64,000 nt of DNA from Rhizodiscina lignyota (taxonomy: Eukaryota), in the NCBI GenBank assembly GCA_010015805.1, contig ML978127.1:744001-808000 (forward strand). Reading direction: 5' to 3'. The translations under genes were made by a program, and so were the position numbers. Positions 49,334 through 60,766 of the stretch are shown piece by piece (positions within the stretch are counted from its first letter, which is position 1; each line of letters begins with the position of its first letter). Under the pieces are notes generated by a model. That model was not told the origin of the DNA. It made no database searches and was given only the letters and a program-made list of their open reading frames with translations.

Positions 49334-52009
49334 ATGGCAGAAACGATCACCATTCCCTCGCCTTCTGTGTTTCTCGATCCTCGCCCGTCCCCGCTCGAGC
49401 AAGCTGCTGCAAAAAGCGGCGCTGCCACCGCCAATGGCGGCCCCAAGACCAACAACGCGAAGAGCGATGGCGCGGCGAAGAAGCGAAATGCCGTTGCGAA
49501 ACCGTCGCAATCGGCCAAAGATGAGACCACGAAGGTGAACGCTGACGGAGTGACCAAGAGGAAACAATCAAAGAGCCGTAACGGTACGCCGTGATTCCAT
49601 TATGACGAATTGGAATGAGTGCACTTTGCTGATAACAAAATCTCCGCAGGCTGTGTTACTTGCAAAGCGAAAAGACTCAAATGCGATGAGTCGAAACCTA
49701 CCTGCCAACAGTGCACGAGAAGAAGTGTGACGTGTGGAGGATACAAGAAGGACTTCAAGTGGCGACCATTCGAGGAAACTGCATACACCAGCAAGGCACC
49801 ACCAGGAAAAGTGAAGAAGCGTAAGCGTCTCAAGAACTGATTGTCATTTGTTGCGCATTCACTAACACCCCTTCACAGCCTCTCCACCTCCACCTACGTC
49901 GACGACCGCGCCGATAAAGCAGGATAGCCCGACCGCATCGAAAGATGTTACCCTTCCTCCCACAGATATGCCCATGGACACACTCTCCTCTACCCCTACC
50001 GCCTTCGCACACCCTAACTTTCCTTCCCCAAGCCAATTGCTTGATCTCGATCCCCCATATGATGATGCGCCGACATCTGCGGACGTACAAGAACCGTTTG
50101 ATCCTGGACCTGTTGATCCGGGCCCGATGCGGAACATAGATCCTATGCTCGAGGATAGCATACCGATTGTCCCCGAGAATACTGCATCGTCGAGCTTATC
50201 GTCAGGCCAATCACCTCGTCTTATCGACCTTTTGCTCCCAGGAACAGACCTGAACCTGCCAAATCCTGAGTATGTGGATTATAGGGCCCGCTTTCCCGAC
50301 GCAATGTACCAGCCTGTTATGCATGAAATCACAGAGGCGATGGTCGAAGAGGAGGGAGACATTGAGGAGGTTATTCGCCATCATCCATCGTTCTCGGATG
50401 GGTTAAATCCAGAGCATGAGGCGTGGGTGATGCGACTCCCTACACCACCAATTTCTTCTTCGTCCTCGAGCTCTTCGGAAGGTACGATGATCAATCCATC
50501 CACGAATCCGTGGACATATATGGTTCGAGAACCCTTGTTCTCGCCCAGCTCCCCGGAAATGTTGACGCTACGTTTCGACCGCCAAACTTGTGGCGTTCTA
50601 TCTGTCAAAGATGGCCCGACAGAGAACCCGTGGCGCACTCTCATTTGGCCGCTCGCACGCGACAATTCCGCTCTCTACCACGCTATCGCGAGCATGACTT
50701 CTTTCCATTATGCTCGTGAAGAGCCAGGCTTGAGAGTTCAGGGTATTGAGCATATGCGCACCAGCATCAAAGCCCTTGCACAGGGCATTGGAAACATGCG
50801 CCTTGATACTGCAATTGCCACGACGCTGGCCCTTGCTTTCTCTGAGAGTTGGGACCAGCATATTTCTACTGGTATCAACCACATCAAAGGCGCCAAGATT
50901 CTCGTGAATCAAGCGCTCACGAAGCACCGCCGCTCTCCTTATGGTGGAGAGGAACTTTCGCGCTTCAAGTTCCTTGCGAATACGTGGATATACATGGACG
51001 TCATCGCACGCCTGACATCGGTAGACGAGGATGAGAGCAACGACTTTGAGTTCGTCTTCTCCGAGCTCTCAGATCCGTTTGGGGCTGAAACCCAGCTGGA
51101 CCCTTTGATGGGATGTGCTGGCAGCTTGTTTCCGATCATTGGTCGTGTCACGAATCTCGTGCGCAAGGTTCGACGGACGCTATCCAATTCGCCGGCCATC
51201 ATCAGCCAGGCGCTTGATCTGAAGACACAACTTGAAAGCTGGATACCTCCGTCGTTCTTCGATCCTCCAGAAGATCCGTGCTCGGCAGTTGAGCACTCTC
51301 TTCAAACGGCCGAGGCGTACCGCTGGGCTACGCTCTTGTATCTTCATCAAGCTGTTCCGGAAATTCCGTCAGCCAGCTCTGCAGAGCTTGCGAAGAAGGT
51401 CATGATATATCTCGCGACCGTTCCGCTTGGCTCACGTGCCATTATCGTGCAGATCTACCCACTTATTGCGGCTGGATGCGAGGCCTTTGATGAAGAGGAC
51501 AGGCAATGGGTGCGGGATCGCTGGATGTGGATGGCTCGAACGATGAAACTTGGTATCATTGATCGCTGTGCGGAGGTCGTGAAAGAGGTCTGGGATCGAC
51601 GCGATTCGTATGAGCCACGCTCGCCGAAGAGGCGTAATGCTTCGACTGTGCCACCAGGCTCACTCAAGCGTGGCTTCAGCCTTGACGAAGACGATGTGGG
51701 CGATCCGTTTCAATGGGATGTTGATGATATTTTCGGTGGCGGCAACAGTCGCAATGGTGGAGGGAAGCGTCGAGCTACCACTGGAGTTTATGACGTCCCT
51801 CACGCCTTGAGACTCTCGGCGTCTGGACCAAGGATCAGGAAGAGCTCCACTGATGCGGATTCGCCTGGCGGTATCGACCCCGAGTTTACTGTGAAGGGTA
51901 GCCTGCATTGGATCGGGGTCATGAAGGACTGGAAGTGGGAAGGTACGGTCACTTCACTCTACTCGAATCGAAGCATGTCACTGACATTTAAGCAGTTTTG
52001 CTAGGTTGA
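49334..52009 (+). CDS. Zn(II)2Cys6 transcription factor with Fungal_trans_2-type domain (Acr-2-like); introns 49584-49649, 49821-49878 and 51943-51995
   Basis: SRNG|CVTCKAKRLKCDESKPTCQQCTRRSVTCGGY, ENPWRTLIWPLA, WIYMDVIARL and DPLMGCA. Confidence 0.92.
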
Positions 52010-53325
52010 TCTAGCACGACTTAACACTTCGTCAGCCTGTTCCTGTGACTACTTGTACAGCGCTAGGGTTGAGGGGTAATATAGTGTCGCGCATGCTTCA
52101 TTTCTGTCGACGATCATGCTGTTGACTGATACGGTTTACGAATTTTTACTTTATCAGGAGGTCTTCTCTGTACAATTTTTCGGATTTATTGCTTTGGATT
52201 TGGGTTGCTTGCGGTTTCCTTTGGGGATACGACTTTCGCCACATGTTGTGTTATTGAGTTTGAGAATAGCTTCATGTTTGGCGCTTTTGGCGAGTTGGAG
52301 AGATGCTTTTTTGCTTCAGGGGCATTCTTCCAACGAAGGTTCAGGAATCAGGACAGCATTTAGACTTCAACTGGGCCAGACGTGTCTTTATACTCGCTAC
52401 CGGAACAGAAGCGTTTCCCACCGTGAGCTCGAGCCTCGAGCGGTACAGCTCCTGACTCTCACCTGAGTGCTCTCCGCATCATGTGCGTTGGCCCACAGCT
52501 TAGGGGTGGCTGCAAGGCACTGCACTGCACTGCACCACTGCGGATGGTAGGACAAACCTGCTGCATGTGGAACACAGTGCATGGCGGATCATCCTTACCT
52601 AGCGTTTGCCTTTCGTCCTCTAGCAGAAATGAAAATACACGGAAGAAGGAGAGTACGTCAGCAAAACATCTTTCTAGCGCGAAAGTATTTCTCTAAACGG
52701 TAATATTTTCCCATCTCCCTCTCCAAACTTCTTACATCTTGGCGCTGCTGACGCCCAGGATCGTAAGATTTACAGCTTTAGCCCTAAAATAGCAATCAGT
52801 ACCATTATCGCTGATACGTAACCCCCCTATTCTGAATACCTTTGCCCAGACGGGCAACGCTGACTTACAACACCGCATACGGCGAGGATTTTATAGGATG
52901 CCGCTCATATGCAGCCCTCCAGCTTGCTATCGCGACATGCGGGGCCAAAGCCTTATGGCCCTTTAGACCCTTTCGGATACGCGTCTTGGACCTTAGCCGA
53001 ACGCGTTCTTTCTCCTGCTTCTGCGAATGCAGCAATATAGTCCGGCTGATCGGGCGCTAGCGGTTCGAAGAAAGAGGATTGGCCTTTTTATGGCATTGCT
53101 AGGCACGTCGCGAAGTCGCGGCGCGTCATCCGCGGATGGCGAAAGATAATGTGAGATGGTAATTGAGGGGTGAAGTATTTATCAGACGCGTTTTCCCCTC
53201 TCAGGTGAAATCTTTTTGAAAGTCACCTCTCACCTCGTCAACTCCGAGCCAGTCAATTGCTATAATTTCTCTTTCTTCCCGAATCGTTACTTCTAAAGTC
53301 TTTGATTTCGAATCACCTCTTCAAT

Positions 53326-53864
53326 ATGTCTCCTCCAGCTCTCAAGCACTTCCCGAAGGCGCAATCGACCTTCCAGATCCCACTGATTGCGAACGAGAAC
53401 GCGTTTCTGGGCGATATCGCGACCAGGTAAACTTTTCACTCTTCTACGGAAACGCTCCATTTCTGGCATCCTTGATCATTCTAAGATGAGTGAAGTTCCG
53501 TTTGAATGGACATTGGCTCACATTTATCAACACAGCACCGACTCCGACAAGCCCATCTCGGCCGGCTTCTACCGCCTGAAGAAGGGCACGCCGCTCGTCT
53601 ACGAGTACACCTACCATGAGATGAAGATCATCCTCGAGGGTAGCTTTGACATCAGCGACGAGGCTGGCAACAAGGTGCACGCAGTACCGGGAGATGTGTT
53701 CTACTTTCCCAAGGGCAGCAAGATCACCTTTACGACGGATGACTATGGATACGCGTTCTACGTAAGTGCTTCGTGGAGGCCCAGATCACGTGGGCAAAGG
53801 TGTCACAGGAGAGGAGCTAATTAGAACCCCACAGACTGGCCAGAGGGCGGAGGGCGCCGCGTGA
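53326..53864 (+). CDS. EutQ-like cupin (ethanolamine utilisation protein family); introns 53427-53534 and 53762-53834
   Basis: NAFLGDI...PISAGFYRL..G.PLVYEYTYHEMKIILEG.F.I.D..G....AVPGDVFYFPKGSKITF. Confidence 0.88.
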
Positions 53865-55027
53865 ATCGGAGCATGGTTCGGAGTCGTCGATGTTGGATGG
53901 CTCAAGGAGCTGAGAAGAGAGGAGATTACCAGACACTCCAGACCCACGATGGTCGGAAACGGATGGAGAAAGACGGAACACATCTGGGGAAGGGTAAAGT
54001 CAAGCTGATTATGCTGACATGACAAGAAAATAAAACTATTGAATCGAAGGCTATCCTGGGCCTCATTATATTTCAAATTTCCCTATGTGCCAAGATCGCC
54101 CTTGAGATAAGCGCAAGCGCACGCCCTTCTGCTGATATTGTTCCTTACCCTTGAAAGACGGCTCCGACATGAATGTTTTGTAAGACTTCAGTGCACATTT
54201 TGAAGTGCTGAGTGATTAAGGCTAACGTAACCTATGCCATTTTCGAACAGCGTCGCTTGAGGCAAATAATTGAATTAACAGGAACCTAACTCTACCAGGC
54301 TCTTATGCTATTCAAGACACAATAAGTATAGCTGCACTTTCGGCTACCTACCTAAGAGAATTGGAGATAATTATATAACATGTAAGCTGGATTGTTAAAG
54401 CTATCCTTTGCTGATCGTGGCCGCAGTTTGAGTTTCTGTCGAGGACGAGGAGTTAAGGTCCGATTGTATGATTTCGCGAAGTGGAACGAGATGCTCCGGC
54501 CAATCGTACTGTGTTATATCTACGCTTTCATACCCGACAGAAGCCCGCTCAATTCCACCTTCAACATCAAATGAGTTGCATTGCTGTCCATCACTGCGTT
54601 CATATACCCGCAGACGTTCTGACATTAGAGTCGCTGCCGGGAAATCCGTAGACATTGTGCATACTCGCACATCGACTCCCGAAGAAGAGACAAGCGCATG
54701 GTATATTTTTATTGACTTTACCTTCATGGAGGAATTTAAATGGGCTGGCGAATGGAAATAGCTCACGAGCACGAGCCGTCCAATGGGATGGATTCGGCAA
54801 ACTCCGCTAGAAATGGCCGCTAAGATGAAAGAGCACTAGCGCCAACATGAGGGGAATCCTCAGCTTCACCCATCATCGCGCCGAAACGTTTAATTTCTTC
54901 AACTTCAAACGACTCTGCGCCTCGCTCTACCCTCTCGTACTCACCGCGGCCTGTAACCTCCAATTTCGACATGTAGACGTAACGCGCACGACTGCCTCCA
55001 GGCCCTGTATACCTTGCACCAACCGCA

Positions 55028-57160
55028 ATGAGCCTCTTTCAACCTCACCCTACCACAGCGGCTACCGCGTCGAATCGTACCACTTCCATCGAAGCCATGC
55101 TGGCGAGCCAGTTGACGGAGCAATTGCGTAGCCAGAGCAGCCAGAGCGACCATGGAGGGGCGAATTCCCAAGAGGAGTCAGGCAAAGGCTCCGTATACGC
55201 CGTCCGGACACCTTCCAAGTCGCCGTCCAAAGCGCGCTCTCTATCCGACTCCACGCCAAGATTGTCACCGTCTCCGAACATCAAAGAATCGATCAGAAAA
55301 TCGAAAGATGATCATACAATAGAGACGAATCCAAAAACTCCAAGGAGGCCGGACTTCCTTGCGAGAGGGCTGTCTCTGCAAATGCCATCCAAGCAAGGCT
55401 CGCCGAGCACGGGTCTGCTTCCCTCTCGCGGCCCATTATCTCCAAAGCTGGATTCACGTAACATCTACAGCTCTCCCGCATCTGTGTTGCCCCGCCATTC
55501 GCGAGGTCTAGACTTCTCACGAGCGTGCACGAACCTTCATCACTCCACCGTCGCCGAACAATCCTCTCCCGACTCTTCACCGACCATAACACAGAAAGCT
55601 ATCGCTATCCCTCCACGATCCTCACTTTCGCATAGTTCTATGATCCTGGATTCACCACAAATGAATAGCGGGGCTTGGACACATGCAGGAAACAAGGACA
55701 AGTCAATGGCCTCGGGCTCAGTCAGCAGCATTAACATGCTCGATTCGTCATCAAGTGACTCTGATGGAGGCGACCCAATGGAAGGCGACGACAATGACGA
55801 CCTCATGATTTCAACACCTCAAGCGTATAAGTTGAATGACGCGTCGGCTCCAACACCTTTTGCCGCAGCACCAACGACGCGTCTTTGGCCCGGCCCCGGG
55901 ATTGCCGCGCCATCAAGCTTCATGAGCTTCCAGAGAGCGCGATTGAGGCATCGGCGAAGCAGACACAGTTCAAGTAGCGCGAGCGGCCACAGCTCATTGG
56001 CGAGCCCTATTCCGCAGTCTCCGCCAAATGGACGCGCCGATGGCAATTCATATTTTGCAAGGGAAATAACCCGGAAAGCCGCTTCGCGGAGAGAGTCTCT
56101 GAGCCTTGGTACAAGCGATCTACATATCTCTTCGGGCAATGATAGCGGCGACGAAGCGGGGCAGTCTGGTGTATCAACACCTGGTGTCGTACAACGGCCG
56201 GTGACCAGGCGGACGAACATGCTGGTAAATATCGTGGATGGCAAATTGGAGAACACATACACTGATGTATTGCAGCCCAAGTCGCGTGCGTTTGGCCGCA
56301 TTCGCGCTGAACTCATTGAAGAGAGTTCTCCAGTCGACACAGAAGTACGCCGCGAAGCCCAAGTCGTCCGACAGGTCCGTGAGAGCGATCTCAATATTGA
56401 CCAGCCTCAACAAGGCGGTGAAAGTTCTCCGATTCTGCCAGCCGCTCCGGATGGGCTAGACGACATACCAGAAGGGAACCCCCTAGGGACCAATGTGCCA
56501 GGCGCTCCAAAGGGTTTATTCGGAGCATTCTCTCGTCAAGCGTTCAAGAATTCGATTTCTGGAGGAAAGGACTTTTGGAACAACTTCGACAATCAGATTC
56601 GCACACCGCCACCGCCATTTTTCCCTCGAGCAGGTTCTTCAACTGTGAGCGATGATATTAACATGGATTCACCAACGACTTCGTCCTCTACACCTTCGAC
56701 GATGCTCTTCTCGACTAGTCTTCCACAGCCGCAGGAACAAGCGAAAGAAAATAACGTGGGATTATCTTTGTCCCGAGCTTCGACTCCTCAACCTCCTGCT
56801 CCGCCGCCGTCTGCTGCTGAAGGTATACGTAAGAACAACAAACGTCGCCGCGATGACGACTTGGACGGAATGTCTATCAAACGCCGTGCCGTCTCACCAG
56901 GCATGAGCGTACAGAATAGCCCTATACTCTCACAATCTCCCGGAAACCGAGAGACCAACCTCTGGGGCCAGCCACATTCGCAGAGCCAAGCAAAAGCTTC
57001 ACGAGAGGGTTCAGTGACTGGACATGCAGCAGGACAAAGGAGTGATAGCACTGGTAGCCAAGCAAGTGTGGTCCCGGCTATTGGCCCGTTGGGGAAAAGG
57101 ATTGGAATGCAAGGAATGACAGACACTAATGATGGGCTTATGAAAATGAGTATTGAGTAG
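55028..57160 (+). CDS. Conserved fungal S/P-rich hypothetical protein (probable in-frame intron 56225-56275)
   Basis: Long ORF with conserved-looking blocks LPRHSRGLDFSRACTNLHHST, RRTNML|PKSRAFGRIRAEL.EE, KRRAVSPGMS and DTNDGLMKMSIE*. Confidence 0.8.
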   Translation: MSLFQPHPTTAATASNRTTSIEAMLASQLTEQLRSQSSQSDHGGANSQEESGKGSVYAVRTPSKSPSKARSLSDSTPRLSPSPNIKESIRKSKDDHTIETNPKTPRRPDFLARGLSLQMPSKQGSPSTGLLPSRGPLSPKLDSRNIYSSPASVLPRHSRGLDFSRACTNLHHSTVAEQSSPDSSPTITQKAIAIPPRSSLSHSSMILDSPQMNSGAWTHAGNKDKSMASGSVSSINMLDSSSSDSDGGDPMEGDDNDDLMISTPQAYKLNDASAPTPFAAAPTTRLWPGPGIAAPSSFMSFQRARLRHRRSRHSSSSASGHSSLASPIPQSPPNGRADGNSYFAREITRKAASRRESLSLGTSDLHISSGNDSGDEAGQSGVSTPGVVQRPVTRRTNMLVNIVDGKLENTYTDVLQPKSRAFGRIRAELIEESSPVDTEVRREAQVVRQVRESDLNIDQPQQGGESSPILPAAPDGLDDIPEGNPLGTNVPGAPKGLFGAFSRQAFKNSISGGKDFWNNFDNQIRTPPPPFFPRAGSSTVSDDINMDSPTTSSSTPSTMLFSTSLPQPQEQAKENNVGLSLSRASTPQPPAPPPSAAEGIRKNNKRRRDDDLDGMSIKRRAVSPGMSVQNSPILSQSPGNRETNLWGQPHSQSQAKASREGSVTGHAAGQRSDSTGSQASVVPAIGPLGKRIGMQGMTDTNDGLMKMSIE

Positions 57161-57608
57161 GCGTACAGGCTTCATGATACCATTTCATAAGGGAATATCT
57201 TCCTTTTTTGGGCTAGGCGAATGGGATAGCAGCATTAGCGTTGGCGCTCCGGACGGATTTGAGCTGAAGTATGATACCTTGGTTTCAGATTGCTCTACGG
57301 ATATTGCTGGGAGCCAAATATGGATAGTACTTTGATTGTAATGGAATTCTTGAAATCTTTATCATCTTGATTATCCCACATAATTACTGTCTTCTGGTCT
57401 GTGATTGCCGTTTGTGCGCAAGTAGAAATGATGCCAAATCGCGTCCGCGGAGGAGCTTCACTTCACGGAGCGCGGTGGCCCTCTGAAACCACACGTCCAA
57501 CACCAAATTCGCACACCACAGCCCACGGAAGCTACGACTCTTACATCGGACCTCAGTGTTTATTTATATACTATTTGGGTACCATAGAGAAAGACCAGCG
57601 AGAGCAAT

Positions 57609-58800
57609 ATGGGCAACTTAGAGACACTGGGCTCCTTCATAGAGTCCGCGCCGCCAGGCGAGGTGGGTTCCAGCTCCAGCTATCCTTCTATTTACCAGAC
57701 GCTAATACAGCGCACAGTTGCCAAACGTTACTACTGGTACTGAAAGAGTTTTACTATCCAATAGCGCAGCACTTGAACTATTTTCCTGACTTTCTTGCCC
57801 TCAAAGCTATCAAATCAATCGTCGGCGACAAGCCCCTCAGCGACCTGCAACCCGCATTCGAGAAATACAATGAGGAGCAGTTCACTACGGTGAAATTGCC
57901 TGGTGGAAGTCAATCGGTGCGTAGGTTCTACATGCGCCTTTGCACTCCGACGACTCGTGGTTGCTTTTACGGAGGGCTAATGTGGGATGGGTACAGGTTG
58001 TCATCAGTCCATACAACAAGTTGGACGATGGCCGATACTTCGACGTCGAGTCCTCCACTTCGTTCGTATTCGATCATTCCACACAAGTGGGTACAATCTG
58101 GACACCTTGGATGGCACAAATCGCTGATTGGGAGCTATAGAAAGCTTCAAACGCGCAGAGCTACGTGCTAGATAGCTCGAATGCAGACCTCATGTGAGTC
58201 TCGAGGATACGCAGTTCTTGCGGAAAAATCTATTTTCACTCAGCTCTTACGTATACTACTATCCACAGCAAATCCCTCCTCAAGTCCTTCAAGACGTACG
58301 TCGACGAGCACTATCCAGACTCCTCGATAGGCGTGTACCCCACAGACAACGACTCCAAAGTCGCCGTAGTCCTCGTATCGAGCAAGTACAGCCCGAACAA
58401 CTTCTGGGGTGGCCGCTATCGCTCCTCCTACCTCCTGACGCCGTCCTCATCCTCCCTCACCGGCACAATCTACGTCGATGTCCACTACTATGAAGATGGC
58501 AATGTCCGTCTCCTTACTGAAAAGTCGGTGTCCCCGTCTACATCTTCATCCTCGGCGGCAGATATAGTGAAGACAATCAGGCAGACGGAGCAGAAATACC
58601 AGGAGGAACTGAACAGGGCGTTTGTTAGCATGAGCGAGGGCGCGTTCAAAGGGCTGCGGAGGCAGCTACCGGTGACGAGGCAGAAGATCGAGTGGGATAG
58701 GGTTGGAGGTTACAGGGTAAGTACTGGGCTGGAGGCATTTATAAGACGGAGTACTAACGGAGAGTAGATCGGACAAGATATTGGAGGAGCCAAGAGATGA
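57609..58800 (+). CDS. CAP1: F-actin capping protein subunit alpha (7 exons, including a 19-nt exon at 57718-57736)
   Basis: SFIESAPPGE, AFEKYNEEQFTTVKLPG, KYSPNNFWGGRYRS, VDVHYYEDGNVRL and FKGLRRQLPVTRQKIEWD. Confidence 0.96.
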
Positions 58801-59269
58801 TACAGATCCTCCTGGACGGCGAACTGGCGCATACAAAAAGCTGGCCATGAAAGAGCCCTATTCGACAGTGGTTACGATCTCATTAGCCTGTTAGCTAGTG
58901 GGCAGCGTCCGCATAGCATCAAAACTTCAGTATAGACGAAGAACCTCTGCTTGTATCCAAAAGGGAATTCAAGATCCACTGAGACATCTGATACAGTTCT
59001 GTCGCACGTCACGTCAGCATGATTACCGATTATAATGTACTATGTAAACGGTTTCATTTGTCCGAGCAAGAGCAAGGGCTACCGCTTTCCCGGAAAGCGT
59101 TTCAACTGACTATGTTGACTGAAATAGACGCAGACACTGCCACTCCTACCAGAAGCTGCAAAAGTGATCAGCCCGACAACCTTGAGTGGACTCCGCTTGA
59201 TCTCACGCCGGCTAATACCCACCACTCTAGCCCTGCGGGAGTGGACTACATTTAGCTTCCTTGATATCA

Positions 59270-59877
59270 CTACTTCTTTCCCAAATCTTCTCTGAGCACT
59301 CCATCCTTTCCCATACCTTCGATAGTTTTGCCATATACGAGGTTCGTATATCCAATCATAACTCGCATGCCTCCATCTTTGTCAATGAAGTGGTCAATGT
59401 CAGCTACAGTGCGATTGATCAGTTACTTTCGCCTCATTCGCAGATACTTCCCGTCCCCAACTGGAGCCGAAAACGTTCAGTTTCACAAGATGTCGCGAGA
59501 TGGCACATACACAGCGAGTTCACGTATTCCTCACTCTTCAAGAACGCCGCAAAATCGTCCACCTTTTCAGCAAGAAACTCCGAACAGGCGTCCCATTCCA
59601 TCGCCGGCGCGCCAATCTTGTACGCTTCTTCTCTCCCTTCCGGTGTCTGGAAGAATTGCGTGTAACGCACGATATTGTTGTCCGTGAAGGCTTTCATAGA
59701 TGTGACGAGGTCGGCGTGGACATGGTGCCAGTGCTGCACGAAGTACTCATAGCTGATGCCGGGCTTCTTCTTGAAGAATGTGTTGATGCGGACATACGGC
59801 TGTTTGTTAGGTGGGGTGTCGTATGACAGGGAAGGTGAGGAGAAGGCGTGAGGAACTCGTGGCGGGTCTGATTGCAT
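59270..59877 (-). CDS. EthD domain protein (intron 59404-59510)
   Basis: FFKKKPGISYEYFVQHWHHVHADLV...RYTQ...WDACSEF. The spliced C-terminal exon reads SDIDHFIDKDGGMRVMIGY...GKK*. Confidence 0.85.
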
Positions 59878-60280
59878 TATTAGGGATTATTATAAAGAAT
59901 ATGATGTATTTCTCGGCTCTCCATGAGGAATGTGTAGCTTTAATCAATGTATGATGGAAAAGAGTTTCCGGCATTTCGTGACCACGTGAGAGGCATTTGC
60001 CCGCACAGCTGCTAGTTGTGGTACGGGACGGAGCATTTAGATGCGTAATTTGGGTCTGATTAATGTGACTTTATCAAAAGGAAATTTATAAACAATAGGT
60101 GGCGCTCAATCTTGGTTTTCTGATGGAGGCATCATAGCTCGCAGGGCTTTTTCACTAATGGAAGGTCGCTCCCTCGACGTTGGACTTGGATCTAAACATG
60201 CTACATACAGAGTACATACATATCACTCACAATTTGACCTTTAGGACTCAAAAAAGCATTAAGAACTCGAAAGAAAATCA

Positions 60281-60306
60281 AGACCCAAAAAAATAAAAAT
60301 AAATAA
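60281..60306 (-). terminator. RNA polymerase III oligo(T) terminator of the 5S gene
   Basis: Minus-strand TTATTTATTTTTATTTTTTT lies directly after the 5S 3' end. Confidence 0.8.
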
Positions 60307-60425
60307 ACATACAACAGGAGGGATTCCCACGTGGTCACCCACCGTAGTACTAACTTCCCGCTTCGTGGCTTGAGTAAGGTCGATCGGACGAGAGGCCCTA
60401 TTTTCCACGAGCTATGGTCGTATGT
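60307..60425 (-). rRNA. 5S rRNA gene (dispersed copy, 119 nt)
   Basis: The minus strand reads ACATACGACCATAG...GTTAGTACTACGGTGGGTGACCACGTGGGAATCCCTCCTGTTGTATGT. The ends pair (helix I), GCTCGTGG/CCACGAAGC forms helix II, and T-runs follow. Confidence 0.96.
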
Positions 60426-60450
60426 GACAGAACAGAGTTTTAATATTGAA

Positions 60451-60456
60451 TATATA
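60451..60456 (-). promoter_or_regulatory. TATA-like box at -31..-26 of the 5S gene
   Basis: TATATA sits at the position where filamentous-ascomycete (Neurospora) 5S genes carry a start-site-determining TATA element. Confidence 0.6.
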
Positions 60457-60766
60457 CATGACATTGTTACGATTAGATAAAACCACACTATTTCCACCCT
60501 TTTTCATTTTATCCACCACGATTGCTGAATTCTTTACTCTTTTGTGATTTCACCGTTCAAATGTTGGGTCTACATTTACATTCCAATTTGAAGACAAGAT
60601 CAAGCATATTTATCAATTTCACGCTGAACCGGTCTGATCACAAGTGAGTGCACAATCTGAGCGCAGGTTGAAAGTGATCTCTTCAATTTCCTTCGTACAA
60701 GTAAAATGACTCGCATTGATCTTCGCTTCAAGATATTTTAAATACAAAGCAGCCTTAATTCGCCTA

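Noticed and set aside
53326..53864. EutQ-like (and EthD) genes as additional horizontal transfers
   Set aside because: Both contain spliceosomal introns and belong to families widespread in fungi. There is no sign of recent transfer.
59404..59510. Possible stwintron or internal micro-exon in the EthD intron (internal CAG at 59461)
   Set aside because: Both alternative splicing paths give an immediate stop. A single intron restores the frame.
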